From positions 1-19,044 of IMG/VR virus record IMGVR_UViG_3300045988_164095: 19,044 nt of DNA, one strand, 5' to 3'. The notes below the pieces were generated by a model that saw only the letters and a list, made by a program, of their open reading frames with translations, did no database searches and was not told where the DNA came from. The position numbers were made by a program, and so were the translations under genes. Below, piece by piece: positions 8,439 through 16,093 of this stretch (its first letter is position 1; every line of letters starts with the position of its first letter). Origin of the DNA: a virus.

Positions 8439-10160
8439 TTATTTATTAAATACAAATTTTTTATTAATAATTACATAACCTTCAGTTTGTTTACCATTTA
8501 CTCTTTTCTGGCATTTTTTAACTTCATAATATTTATCAATTTCTGTTGCTTTTGGAGTAATAGTAATATCACTAATTTCATAAGCTTCTTTAACAAACTT
8601 TTTAATATCAGCGTTAGAATACCACATTCCAAGAGTAATTGATTGATTTAACTTCTTAGCTGCTTTATTATCTGCACTTTTATTTGATTTCTTTAATAGA
8701 GCATCTTTAATATCCGAAATGCAATATTTCAAGCTTGCCATCTTTTCGAATCCTAATTTACTAATAGCTTCTGGTAACCAAGGATATTTAATAATAGCAT
8801 CATTTAAGAGTGGAGTATTCAGTTTAAATTTATTTTCCCATTCTGTTCTAACTTCTTTAATTAGTTCTTTAAATGGTTTATTATCAGATTCAAAATCAAT
8901 CTTAATAGAGTTGTCTTCACATTCTACTACTTTTTTAAATCCGTTCTTTATATATTCTTTATTAAGATTCGTTCTAATAGAATATAAACCTCTTGTCACT
9001 TTAAAGTTAAAAATATCTACCTTAGCCATATTTGGATCAAATGTAAATGTAAAATCATCATTTACTTGGATATAAGTATCAGATGTAAATTCTTTAAGTT
9101 TCTTTCTTGCAACTTCAGGCATTGCATTGTAAGCATCTACAGCAATCTTAGTTTCCTCAATATTCTGGATATTCTTCTTTTTAAAGTCTTCATAACTAAT
9201 ATCTGCATATCTTGTTGCTGAGTAAAGATGAGTTATCCAGTTTAAATATTTACTATTTCTAATTCTACCAGCAATCTGTTGAATAGAAGTTGAAATGTCA
9301 AGAAGAGTTTGTGCTTTTTGAGCATCACTTACTACTACAATTCTTCCATTTTCATCATAAATATCAGAACCTTCAAATACTGTAGAAGTTAATAAATTTA
9401 TTTTCTTAGGTTCATCTAATACTGTAGAATTATGAATTGATAATTTGGTTTTATTGTTTTTGGAATATATAACTCTGGTATTCTCTTCTGTAAGTTTAGC
9501 TTTCTGAATAAGATTCTTTATAAAGTCTACAGAATTTACAAATATATAAACATTACCTTCGACTTGATTATTAAGAACAGCATTAATTAATTTAATAGTT
9601 GAAGCTTCAACATTCTTACATTTAACGGCTTGTACCTTAGTTTCAATAACATCATCCCATTCTTGTTTTACTAATTCTAAATCTTTTAATTCATCTAATA
9701 CAAACTCTTCTTCAAGAGGAGTAGCAGTCATAAATGTAAAATCTTTAAATAATTTATAGTTCTCTAAAACAGGCTTAATAGCATCCTTTCTAAAGCTATA
9801 CTGATTAAATAGTATATGATATTCATCTACTAATAAACTATATTCTTTAGTATTAACTGCAGAAATAACTTTTGGAAGTGAGTTATATGTAACAATAATT
9901 TTAGGGCATTTAACACTATCTACGTAATCTTTAATCTCTTTAATAGTAACTCCAGCATAAACTCCAAATATCTTCTCAGTACGTCTTTCATTTGGATATT
10001 GTTGAAGTTTATTTTCAACTAAGCTAGTAAATGGAACACAAATAACATAAGGCTTATTACATTCAATTGCCATTGAAGTTCCTCCACATCCAACTTTTCC
10101 TTTATCAAATAAACAGTTAGTTGGCAACTCATTAATCAAATTGTTTAAATATGTTTTCAT
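8439..10160 (-). CDS. Superfamily-2 DExH-box helicase (573 aa)
   Basis: Motif I-like KVGCGGTS, motif II LLVDEYH, motif III FMTATP and motif VI QIAGRIRN. It has no in-frame TGA (five Trp, all TGG) and a TAA stop. Confidence 0.8.
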   Translation of the reverse strand: MKTYLNNLINELPTNCLFDKGKVGCGGTSMAIECNKPYVICVPFTSLVENKLQQYPNERRTEKIFGVYAGVTIKEIKDYVDSVKCPKIIVTYNSLPKVISAVNTKEYSLLVDEYHILFNQYSFRKDAIKPVLENYKLFKDFTFMTATPLEEEFVLDELKDLELVKQEWDDVIETKVQAVKCKNVEASTIKLINAVLNNQVEGNVYIFVNSVDFIKNLIQKAKLTEENTRVIYSKNNKTKLSIHNSTVLDEPKKINLLTSTVFEGSDIYDENGRIVVVSDAQKAQTLLDISTSIQQIAGRIRNSKYLNWITHLYSATRYADISYEDFKKKNIQNIEETKIAVDAYNAMPEVARKKLKEFTSDTYIQVNDDFTFTFDPNMAKVDIFNFKVTRGLYSIRTNLNKEYIKNGFKKVVECEDNSIKIDFESDNKPFKELIKEVRTEWENKFKLNTPLLNDAIIKYPWLPEAISKLGFEKMASLKYCISDIKDALLKKSNKSADNKAAKKLNQSITLGMWYSNADIKKFVKEAYEISDITITPKATEIDKYYEVKKCQKRVNGKQTEGYVIINKKFVFNK

Positions 10161-10190
10161 AATTTTAATAATTTAAATAGTTAAAGTTTT

Positions 10191-10240
10191 TGTCAATATT
10201 TTTATTTTCTTACTACTAAAAGTGAGTAAAAAACTTGACA
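10191..10240 (+). repeat. Copy 2 of the 50-bp element (invariant 20-mer at 10221..10240)
   Basis: TGTCAATATTTTTATTTTCTTACTACTAAAAGTGAGTAAAAAACTTGACA. It has the same plus-strand orientation as copies 1 and 3 although both flanking genes are on the minus strand. Confidence 0.9.
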
Positions 10241-10256
10241 GTAAGATTCAAAAAGT

Positions 10257-10275
10257 GGCAGGATTTTCACCTGCC
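10257..10275 (-). terminator. Terminator-like hairpin downstream of minus-strand ORF 10290..10445
   Basis: The stem GGCAGG/CCTGCC has a 7-nt loop. On the minus strand it is followed by ACTTTTTG, and on the plus strand it has no T-tail. Confidence 0.5.
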
Positions 10276-10289
10276 TAGAAGTAATAGAA

Positions 10290-10445
10290 TTACTTATTTT
10301 TACTAAAATAAGCTGCAATTGTAGGAGAGTTAGCTAATAAGTTAGCAAATTGTTCATCAGAACAAGTAATTGAATTCTCCATAGTGCTCTTAATTGTATT
10401 ATCTTCAATAATAATTGTTCCATTGTTTTTAATCGAATTTTTCAT
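10290..10445 (-). CDS. Hypothetical small protein (51 aa)
   Basis: MKNSIKNNGTIIIEDNTIKSTMENSITCSDEQFANLLANSPTIAAYFSKNK lies about 40 nt downstream of a consensus Bacteroides-type promoter and is followed by a hairpin. Confidence 0.45.
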   Translation of the reverse strand: MKNSIKNNGTIIIEDNTIKSTMENSITCSDEQFANLLANSPTIAAYFSKNK

Positions 10446-10486
10446 AGTCTTTAAAATTTTAATTATAATAATCTATTTTGATAGTA

Positions 10487-10518
10487 CAAATATACAACAT
10501 TTTTATTTAAAATCCAAA
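10487..10518 (-). promoter_or_regulatory. Bacteroides-type promoter (-33 TTTG, 20-nt spacer, -7 TATATTTG)
   Basis: The minus strand reads TTTG gattttaaataaaaatgttg TATATTTG tactat, upstream of the ATG at 10445. Confidence 0.6.
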
Positions 10519-10567
10519 TAATTCGGGTATTATTTTTAATAAAAAATTATTTTTTTTCTTTACACTA

Positions 10568-10598
10568 CAAATATAATAATAAATTTTTATTCTACAAA
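10568..10598 (-). promoter_or_regulatory. Second, tandem Bacteroides-type promoter (-33 TTTG, 19-nt spacer, -7 TATATTTG)
   Basis: The minus strand reads TTTG tagaataaaaatttattat TATATTTG tagtgt. Its -33 box lies inside the last codons of CDS 10587..11072. Confidence 0.5.
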
Positions 10599-11072
10599 AC
10601 TTTTCTTGATTTTTCTTACCCAAAGTTTTGTTAATTTTTTGCCATTCTCTTTTTCGTATCTTTGATTAGCATATTTTATTCAGTCTCAATTTAGTGCATT
10701 TAATTGAATTGCAGCTCTATTTAATGATACTCCAGATAAGCACAATTCTACTAATTTATCTATATTCTCATTATATCATTCTTTTTTGCTTTGTTTATTT
10801 ATTTTTATATTATTTGCACTCTTAAAATCTGCTAATAGCTCTACAATTAATTCATCTGGAAGTTTTAACCATTCTGAATTACTCTTAGTTTTATATGCTC
10901 TATATTTATCTCTATAATAATTTTCATCATCTCTATTTCCTTCTTTTGCTATAAAAAATTCTATCATCTCATTTGGAATAGTATTTTTATAAGCAGTTAG
11001 TCTGCCACTTATATTAGTAGTGTAACCAACTTTAATAAAATTCGTTTTAGTTAATTTAATTACGTAAATCAT
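10587..11072 (-). CDS. T5orf172 (GIY-YIG-like, MUG113) domain protein with C-terminal helix-turn-helix (161 aa, three in-frame TGA)
   Basis: The N-terminus IYVIKLTKTNFIKVGYTTNISGRLTAYK...SEWLKLP matches the T5orf172 pattern. The ORF-track stop at 10776..10778 is TGA. Read-through adds IDKLVELCLSGVSLNRAAIQLNALN-TGA-D-TGA-IKYANQRY... (HTH-like) up to TAA at 10587. Confidence 0.7.
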
Positions 11073-11148
11073 ATTGTTTTTATTAATATATAATAAAAAT
11101 ACAAATAGTAATATTTTTTTGAAAATAATAAAAATAATACCTAAAAAA

Positions 11149-11180
11149 TTTGGAAATTGAATAAAAATGTATTATCTTTG
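11149..11180 (+). promoter_or_regulatory. Bacteroides-type promoter (-33 TTTG, 20-nt spacer, -7 TATCTTTG)
   Basis: TTTG gaaattgaataaaaatgtat TATCTTTG tagtac lies in the divergent intergenic region, 45 nt upstream of the ATG at 11225. Confidence 0.6.
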
Positions 11181-11224
11181 TAGTACAATAATAAACAAGT
11201 ATTAACATATTAAATAATAAAATT

Positions 11225-11464
11225 ATGAAAAAAATAAATAAAATTTTAGTTGGTCTTTTAATTGCATCTTCAATTGTTGCAGGTTTTAGAGTAAATGAAG
11301 TCTATCAGGAAAGACAACATAAAACATTTGAATTAAGATTAGAAAGAGCAGAATTAAAACATAAATTAGATTCAGTAATGTGGGTTAATCCAGCAAGTGA
11401 AGAAGTATCTAATTTATATGAAGAATATTGTGATTTAACACTTAAAATTAATAATATAAAATAA
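11225..11464 (+). CDS. Small membrane-anchored protein (79 aa)
   Basis: It has an N-terminal hydrophobic segment ILVGLLIASSIVAGF, and its TAA overlaps the next ATG as TAATG. Confidence 0.55.
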   Translation: MKKINKILVGLLIASSIVAGFRVNEVYQERQHKTFELRLERAELKHKLDSVMWVNPASEEVSNLYEEYCDLTLKINNIK

Positions 11465-11901
11465 TGAAAACAGATATAAGAAGCTTAGTCTTTACAAAGA
11501 ATCTATTTAAAGAGAAATTTAATATAGATATAGAATGATGTAAAGACGATTACTCCAGATATGATGGAACATTTAATTGGAATGGAATTGATTATATAAT
11601 TGAAGTTAAAAGGAGAAGATTTAATTCTAATAAATATCCAACCACTATTATTAATAGGGATAAATTTGATATGCTATCAAGAAATAATTCTATATTAGTA
11701 ATAATATTTGATGATGGAGTATATATATTTAAAGATATAAAACAAGCCTTTATAAAGGATTCTATGAAATATGGTTGTTCTACAACAGATTTTGGAGGAA
11801 CTTATGGCTATTCATTAAAAACAGAGTTGTCTTTAAAGAAAGCCATTAAGATAGATGTAAATACAGAATTTAGTAATTATATAGCAAATGATAGCCTATA
11901 A
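11464..11901 (+). CDS. Putative PD-(D/E)XK-fold nuclease (145 aa, in-frame TGA at 11536)
   Basis: ATG at 11464 is in frame with ORF-track 11671..11901. The segment YDGTF...IDYIIEVKRR fits a D...(D/E)xK nuclease core. The functional call is tentative. Confidence 0.4.
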
Positions 11902-12382
11902 AAGAATACTTAATTTTGAAAACTACCAAATTGGAACTGATGGCTCAATATGAAGTTTAAGAGCATCAGTTCCAAAGAGGTTAAAACCTCAAGTAAAAAC
12001 TAATGGGTACTTTACAGTAACATTATATAATAAAAATTTGAAAAAGAAGTGTTATATACATAGATTAGTAGCTGAAACTTTTATATCTAATCCGAATAAC
12101 TATCCTTGTATAAATCATAAGGATGAAAATAAATCAAATAATAATGTAAGTAATTTAGAATGGTGTACTTATAATTATAATAATAATTATGGAACTCATA
12201 ATCTGCGAGCTGGATATAGTCATAAGAAACCAATACTGCAATTACTAAATGGAATAGTTATTAAAAGATGGGATTCAACAATAGATGCTGAGAGAGAACT
12301 AAATATACAATCTAGAAATATTGTAAAGGTTCTTAAAGGGCAGCGAAAAACAGCAGGAGGATATATGTGAACATATGAGTAA
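11888..12382 (+). CDS. HNH homing endonuclease with NUMOD4-like N-terminus (164 aa, in-frame TGA at 11951 and 12368)
   Basis: It has FENYQIGTDGSI-TGA-S (NUMOD4-like), HRLVAETFISNPNNYPCINHKDENKSNNNVSNLEW (HNH_3-like) and a C-terminal KGQRKTAGGYM-TGA-TYE. The true stop is TAA at 12380. Confidence 0.8.
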
Positions 12383-12683
12383 TAACGAAATTGTAGAAAA
12401 GTACTATCCATTTATTATGGAACTTAAGCAAAAATTTGGTGCAGATGATGACTGTGTTCAAATGATTTTTGTAGAAATACTAGAGTATTCAAATCCAAAA
12501 TTAAATCAGCTTGATAGCAAAAATGAATTGAAATTTTGGATTACAAGATTATTTAAGAATTATTGGTTTAGTAAAACAAGTAGATATTACTATACCTATA
12601 AGAAATATTATGAGATTGTTAAAGAACCACTTGAACAACAAAATGACGAATTGGAGGATTGATTAAATGAAACGGAAGATTAA
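12375..12683 (+). CDS. Sigma-70-family region-2-like protein (102 aa, in-frame TGA at 12660)
   Basis: ADDDCVQMIFVEILEY and FWITRLFKNYWFSKTSR resemble sigma regions 2.1 to 2.4 of ECF-type factors. No region 4 is present in this frame. Confidence 0.5.
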
Positions 12684-12912
12684 TATTGACGATTTACTTA
12701 CTGAGTATGAAATAGACTATAGTATGTTTACAAATATGGATGATAGACTATTAAGTATATATCCAAAATGACTTGAGCTTAATAAGGCAGATAAGACAGT
12801 AATCATATTATATGCTGAATATCACAGTTATAGAGAAGTGGGAAGAATATTAGGAATTAGTCATACTACAATTCAAAGATTTATTAAACAAATAAGAGAG
12901 AGATTATGTTAG
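12667..12912 (+). CDS. Sigma-70-family region-4-like HTH protein (81 aa, in-frame TGA at 12769)
   Basis: DKTVIILYAEYHSYREVGRILGISHTTIQRFIKQIRERL matches a region 4.2 helix-turn-helix. The gene starts inside the last 17 nt of the region-2 ORF in the +1 frame. TAG stop. Confidence 0.55.
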
Positions 12913-13235
12913 AATTATTTATAATAGCAGTAATAATAGTCTTTATAATTGATTTATCTGGGGCTTTGGATAGTTTTAAACATAGTATTTGAAAAAGACT
13001 ATTTAAAGGTATGCCTTATAAAGGAGATTGAAGACTAAAACCTTTAGATTGCAGTTTATGTATGACTTGGTGAATTGGATTAATATATATTCTTATTACA
13101 AGTCAATTTTCAATTTTAATGGTTGGATATATTGCACTATTAGCATTTATGACTCCAATTATTAAAGATATTATGATATTATTAAAAGATGCATCTACTA
13201 AGCTGATAGATGTTATATACAAACTTATTGATTAA
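12906..13235 (+). CDS. Membrane protein (109 aa, three in-frame TGA)
   Basis: This gene is absent from the ORF track. Hydrophobic segments are LELFIIAVIIVFII, WIGLIYILITSQFSILMVGYIALLAF. It contains LDCSLCMT-TGG-TGA-IG, with adjacent TGG and TGA codons. TAA at 13233. Confidence 0.55.
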
Positions 13236-13324
13236 AAATTATATTTTATGGAAACAGAAGTTATTTATCACTACAAGAATGGAAAGTTAATTTCTATATT
13301 TACTTATACTAAAAAGCGCTAATT

Positions 13325-13660
13325 ATGAAACAATTAACAGAAGAGCAGTTTAAATATTTAAGAGGATTTGAAGATAGATTTGTAACGGCAACTAAGTCTA
13401 ATTATTGCAGAAATGTACAAAAGCAGGATGTAATTAAGCTTAAAGAGATTTATGAATGTTTAATTGAACAAGAATATAGAATGAGCGTAGCTTGTGCTAC
13501 TTGTATACTTAATCTTATAAAGAGGATTGCCCCAATCTATTTTGAATATCAAGAAAAACTAAAGGAAAATGAAAGTAAAGAATCAGGAACTGCCGAAGAA
13601 AATAGGGAGACCGAAAAAGGAAGAAGTAAAAGAGGATCAAATAGACGAACAAAAAACTAA
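13325..13660 (+). CDS. Hypothetical protein (111 aa)
   Basis: Intact ORF whose last 92 nt overlap the next gene in another frame, so the 3' extent is uncertain. Confidence 0.45.
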   Translation: MKQLTEEQFKYLRGFEDRFVTATKSNYCRNVQKQDVIKLKEIYECLIEQEYRMSVACATCILNLIKRIAPIYFEYQEKLKENESKESGTAEENRETEKGRSKRGSNRRTKN

Positions 13661-14021
13661 ATATCTTTATGCAGCAAGATTATTTAATAAAGGGTGGTCC
13701 AGAAATAAAGTAAGTGAGGAACTTCAAACTAAATATGGAGTTGGGCAAACTACTGCTGCTAAATATATTAGAGAAGCTTATAAGATTATTGCAGATAAAA
13801 ACGATAATCTTATAAAGAATTTAAGACATATACAATTAACAAGATTGGAAACATTGTTGGATATTGCTATTAGTAAAAATGATGTAAGATCTGCTACTGA
13901 GGTTATTAAAACAATAAATTCTATGTTTGGATTAAATCAACCAGAAATTCAAGTTAATATTCAAAATAATGAATGCCAATTTAAATTTGGAGATCCTATT
14001 ATAAATGACAAGGATATATAA
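13569..14021 (+). CDS. Putative terminase small subunit (150 aa)
   Basis: It has an N-terminal basic segment KKIGRPKK, then an HTH-like GWSRNKVSEELQTKYGVGQTTAAKYIREA. It lies directly upstream of and overlaps the large terminase gene. Confidence 0.5.
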   Translation: MKVKNQELPKKIGRPKKEEVKEDQIDEQKTKYLYAARLFNKGWSRNKVSEELQTKYGVGQTTAAKYIREAYKIIADKNDNLIKNLRHIQLTRLETLLDIAISKNDVRSATEVIKTINSMFGLNQPEIQVNIQNNECQFKFGDPIINDKDI

Positions 14022-15252
14022 AGGATATAGGCCATTTATGTACCAATATAAGGTTCATATAGCTATGGCAGATGCTTATAGATCTGGAAGGATATTTACA
14101 ATTAAAGCTAAACGACAAGTAGGTAAATCTTTCTTAGCTGAAAATGAATTATTACGATTTGCAATTAACTATCCAAAAACAGTCAATTGTATAGTAGAAC
14201 CTACTCTTGGACAATCAAGAAAAGTGTTTAAAGAAATAGTTAATGCTATAGCTGAAGCAGATATTCTTAAACGTAAGAATGAAACTTTGCTTGAATTAGA
14301 GTTTAATAATGGCAGTTCTATATTATTTAGATCTGGAGAACAAATGGATTCGTTACGAGGATTCTCTGTAAGTGGATTACTTGTATTAGATGAGGCTGCT
14401 TACTTAAAAGATGAAGTATTTGAAATTATTAAACCTACTACTGATGTGTGGTCTGCTCCAATATTAATTATTAGTACTCCAAGGTTCCGAGAGGGTTTCT
14501 TTTATGACTGCTTTACTAAAGGGTTAGATCCGAAATATGACAAGTTCTATAAATCATTTGATTGAGCTTTAGAAGATACATCTATGCTTTTAGATAAAGA
14601 GAAGTTAGAGATGTATCGACTTACAACCTCAAAAAATAAATTTAGAACCGAATATTTAGGGGAATTTGCAGATGATGATGGATGTTTATTTAATAATATA
14701 GCTAATTGCATAATTGAGAAAAAACCAGATTATCAGAGTCTTTATATAGGAATAGACTGGGCTACTGGAAGTGGTAAAGACTATACTTGTGTTACTGCTT
14801 TAAATGAATCTGGGCAAATGGTCTTTATAAAGTATTTTAACGATAAAACTCCAACAGAGCAAGTTGATTTATTAACAAATATACTAACTGAGTATCAAGG
14901 ATTTATAAAGATTGTGCAAGTTGAACAAAACTCAATTGGTAGTGTCTTCTATGATATGTTAATTCGGAAGAATCCGAAAATCAGGATTATACGATTCTTA
15001 ACTACTAATAAGAGTAAGGCAGATATAGTTAATAAGCTTCAAGCTGCTTTGGAGAATGAAAAGATAGGATTATTAAAAGATGATAAACTTTTAAATGAGT
15101 TAAGACTATATGAAGCTTCATATAATCCAAAAACTGGAAATGTTAGTTATAATGCTCCATCTGGATTTAATGATGATACAGTAATTTCATTAATGCTAGC
15201 CTATGACTCATTAAATACAAACAAAGGACATTATAATATTAAAATTAAATAG
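14005..15252 (+). CDS. terL: Terminase large subunit (415 aa, in-frame TGA at 14563)
   Basis: ORF-track pieces 14005..14565 and 14584..15252 share one frame. Walker A is AKRQVGKS and Walker B is LLVLDEAAY. Nuclease-domain acidic motifs are YIGIDWA and GFNDDTVISL. The TGA falls in KSFD-TGA-ALED. TAG stop. Confidence 0.85.
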
Positions 15253-15253
15253 T

Positions 15254-15895
15254 ATGATAAAATCTTGGAATGAAATGAATTTAGCTCATTATAGAAAACT
15301 ATTGGATGTAATTAGAAAAGAATGAGAAAATGAATTAGATATGAATTTAGCTATGGTATCTGTACTTAGTGATATTTCTTTAGAAGAAATTCAAAATATG
15401 GAGCTGAATAAATTACAAGAATTAATTAACAATCTTAAATTCGTAGAGAGTACATATAAACCTAAAACTCCAGAAACTAAATATATTATTGGAGACAGGG
15501 AATATAAAGTCTTTTTTAATGTTAATAAGATGACTGCAAGTCAATACATAGACTTCCAGAATTTTTATAAGAAGTATGATGATTATATGCCAAATCTAGC
15601 TGCTTGCTTTTTATTACCAGAAGGTAAGAAGTATGGAGAAGATTATGATCCTTTGGATGAAGCAGAGTTTTTGAGTAATCTTCTAACCATTGATGTATTT
15701 TCAGATATAATGTTTTTTTTTGTAAACTTATTGCGACTATCAACTCTGAGTACCCTTCACTCTTCGGAAAGAGAGATGAAGAAGAAATTGAAGAAAACAA
15801 AGAACAAATTAGAAAGGAGAAAGATCCTAAAGAGCTTAATTCAGGCGAGGAGATTAATACTTTTACTCAAAAATGAAGCTGAATTATCTGAATAG
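15254..15895 (+). CDS. Hypothetical protein, zero-frame product (213 aa, in-frame TGA at 15323)
   Basis: ATG at 15254 is in frame with ORF-track 15341..15895. A T9 run lies at 15713..15721. The zero-frame tail after the run is low-complexity and K/R-rich, ending at TAG 15893. Confidence 0.5.
15713..15721 (+). other. T9 homopolymer: candidate -1 ribosomal frameshift or transcriptional slippage site
   Basis: Zero-frame codons are atg ttt ttt ttt gta. A -1 shift enters the frame that stays open to 16038. Confidence 0.45.
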
Positions 15896-16038
15896 ATAAA
15901 GTAAGTGAGGTTACTAAATTTAATTGGCATCAAGTTTATGATATGCAAATTAAAGAGTTCTTAAATACAATTTGTTATGTTATAGATAAAGCTAATGAAG
16001 AAAATAGACAAATTGAAGAATGAAAACGAAAACATTAA
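15721..16038 (+). CDS. -1 frame extension of gene 15254 (105 codons, four in-frame TGA), with no start codon of its own
   Basis: This frame is open from 15679 to TAA at 16036, and its first ATG is not until 15943. Its translation is CKLIATINSEYPSLFGKRDEEEIEENKEQIRKEKDPKELNSGEEINTFTQKWSWIIWIDKVSEVTKFNWHQVYDMQIKEFLNTICYVIDKANEENRQIEEWKRKH. It ends 3 nt before element copy 3, mirroring the stop-to-element spacing at copy 1. Confidence 0.45.
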
Positions 16039-16040
16039 AA

Positions 16041-16090
16041 TGTCAGTTTTTATTTATTTTAACTACTAAAAGTGAGTAAAAAACTTGACA
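16041..16090 (+). repeat. Copy 3 of the 50-bp element (invariant 20-mer at 16071..16090)
   Basis: TGTCAGTTTTTATTTATTTTAACTACTAAAAGTGAGTAAAAAACTTGACA. Confidence 0.9.
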
Positions 16091-16093
16091 CTT

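Noticed and set aside
8439-10160. The TGA-free helicase (five Trp, all TGG) could be evidence for an early standard-code versus late recoded gene partition.
   Set aside because: TGA makes up only about a third of Trp codons in the other genes, so five TGG in a row is not statistically unusual. Neighbouring minus-strand genes (8259..8420, 10587..11072) do contain TGA.
13248-13322. A 24-codon ORF (METEVIYHYKNGKLISIFTYTKKR) fills the gap before 13325.
   Set aside because: It is too short to support from sequence alone and has no recognisable motif.
2738-16090. The three repeat copies could form a CRISPR array or tRNA-like genes.
   Set aside because: The copies are 5.8 to 7.5 kb apart and separated by genes, not by short spacers. 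The 50-nt unit has no cloverleaf potential, and I could not recognise a tRNA anywhere in the window.
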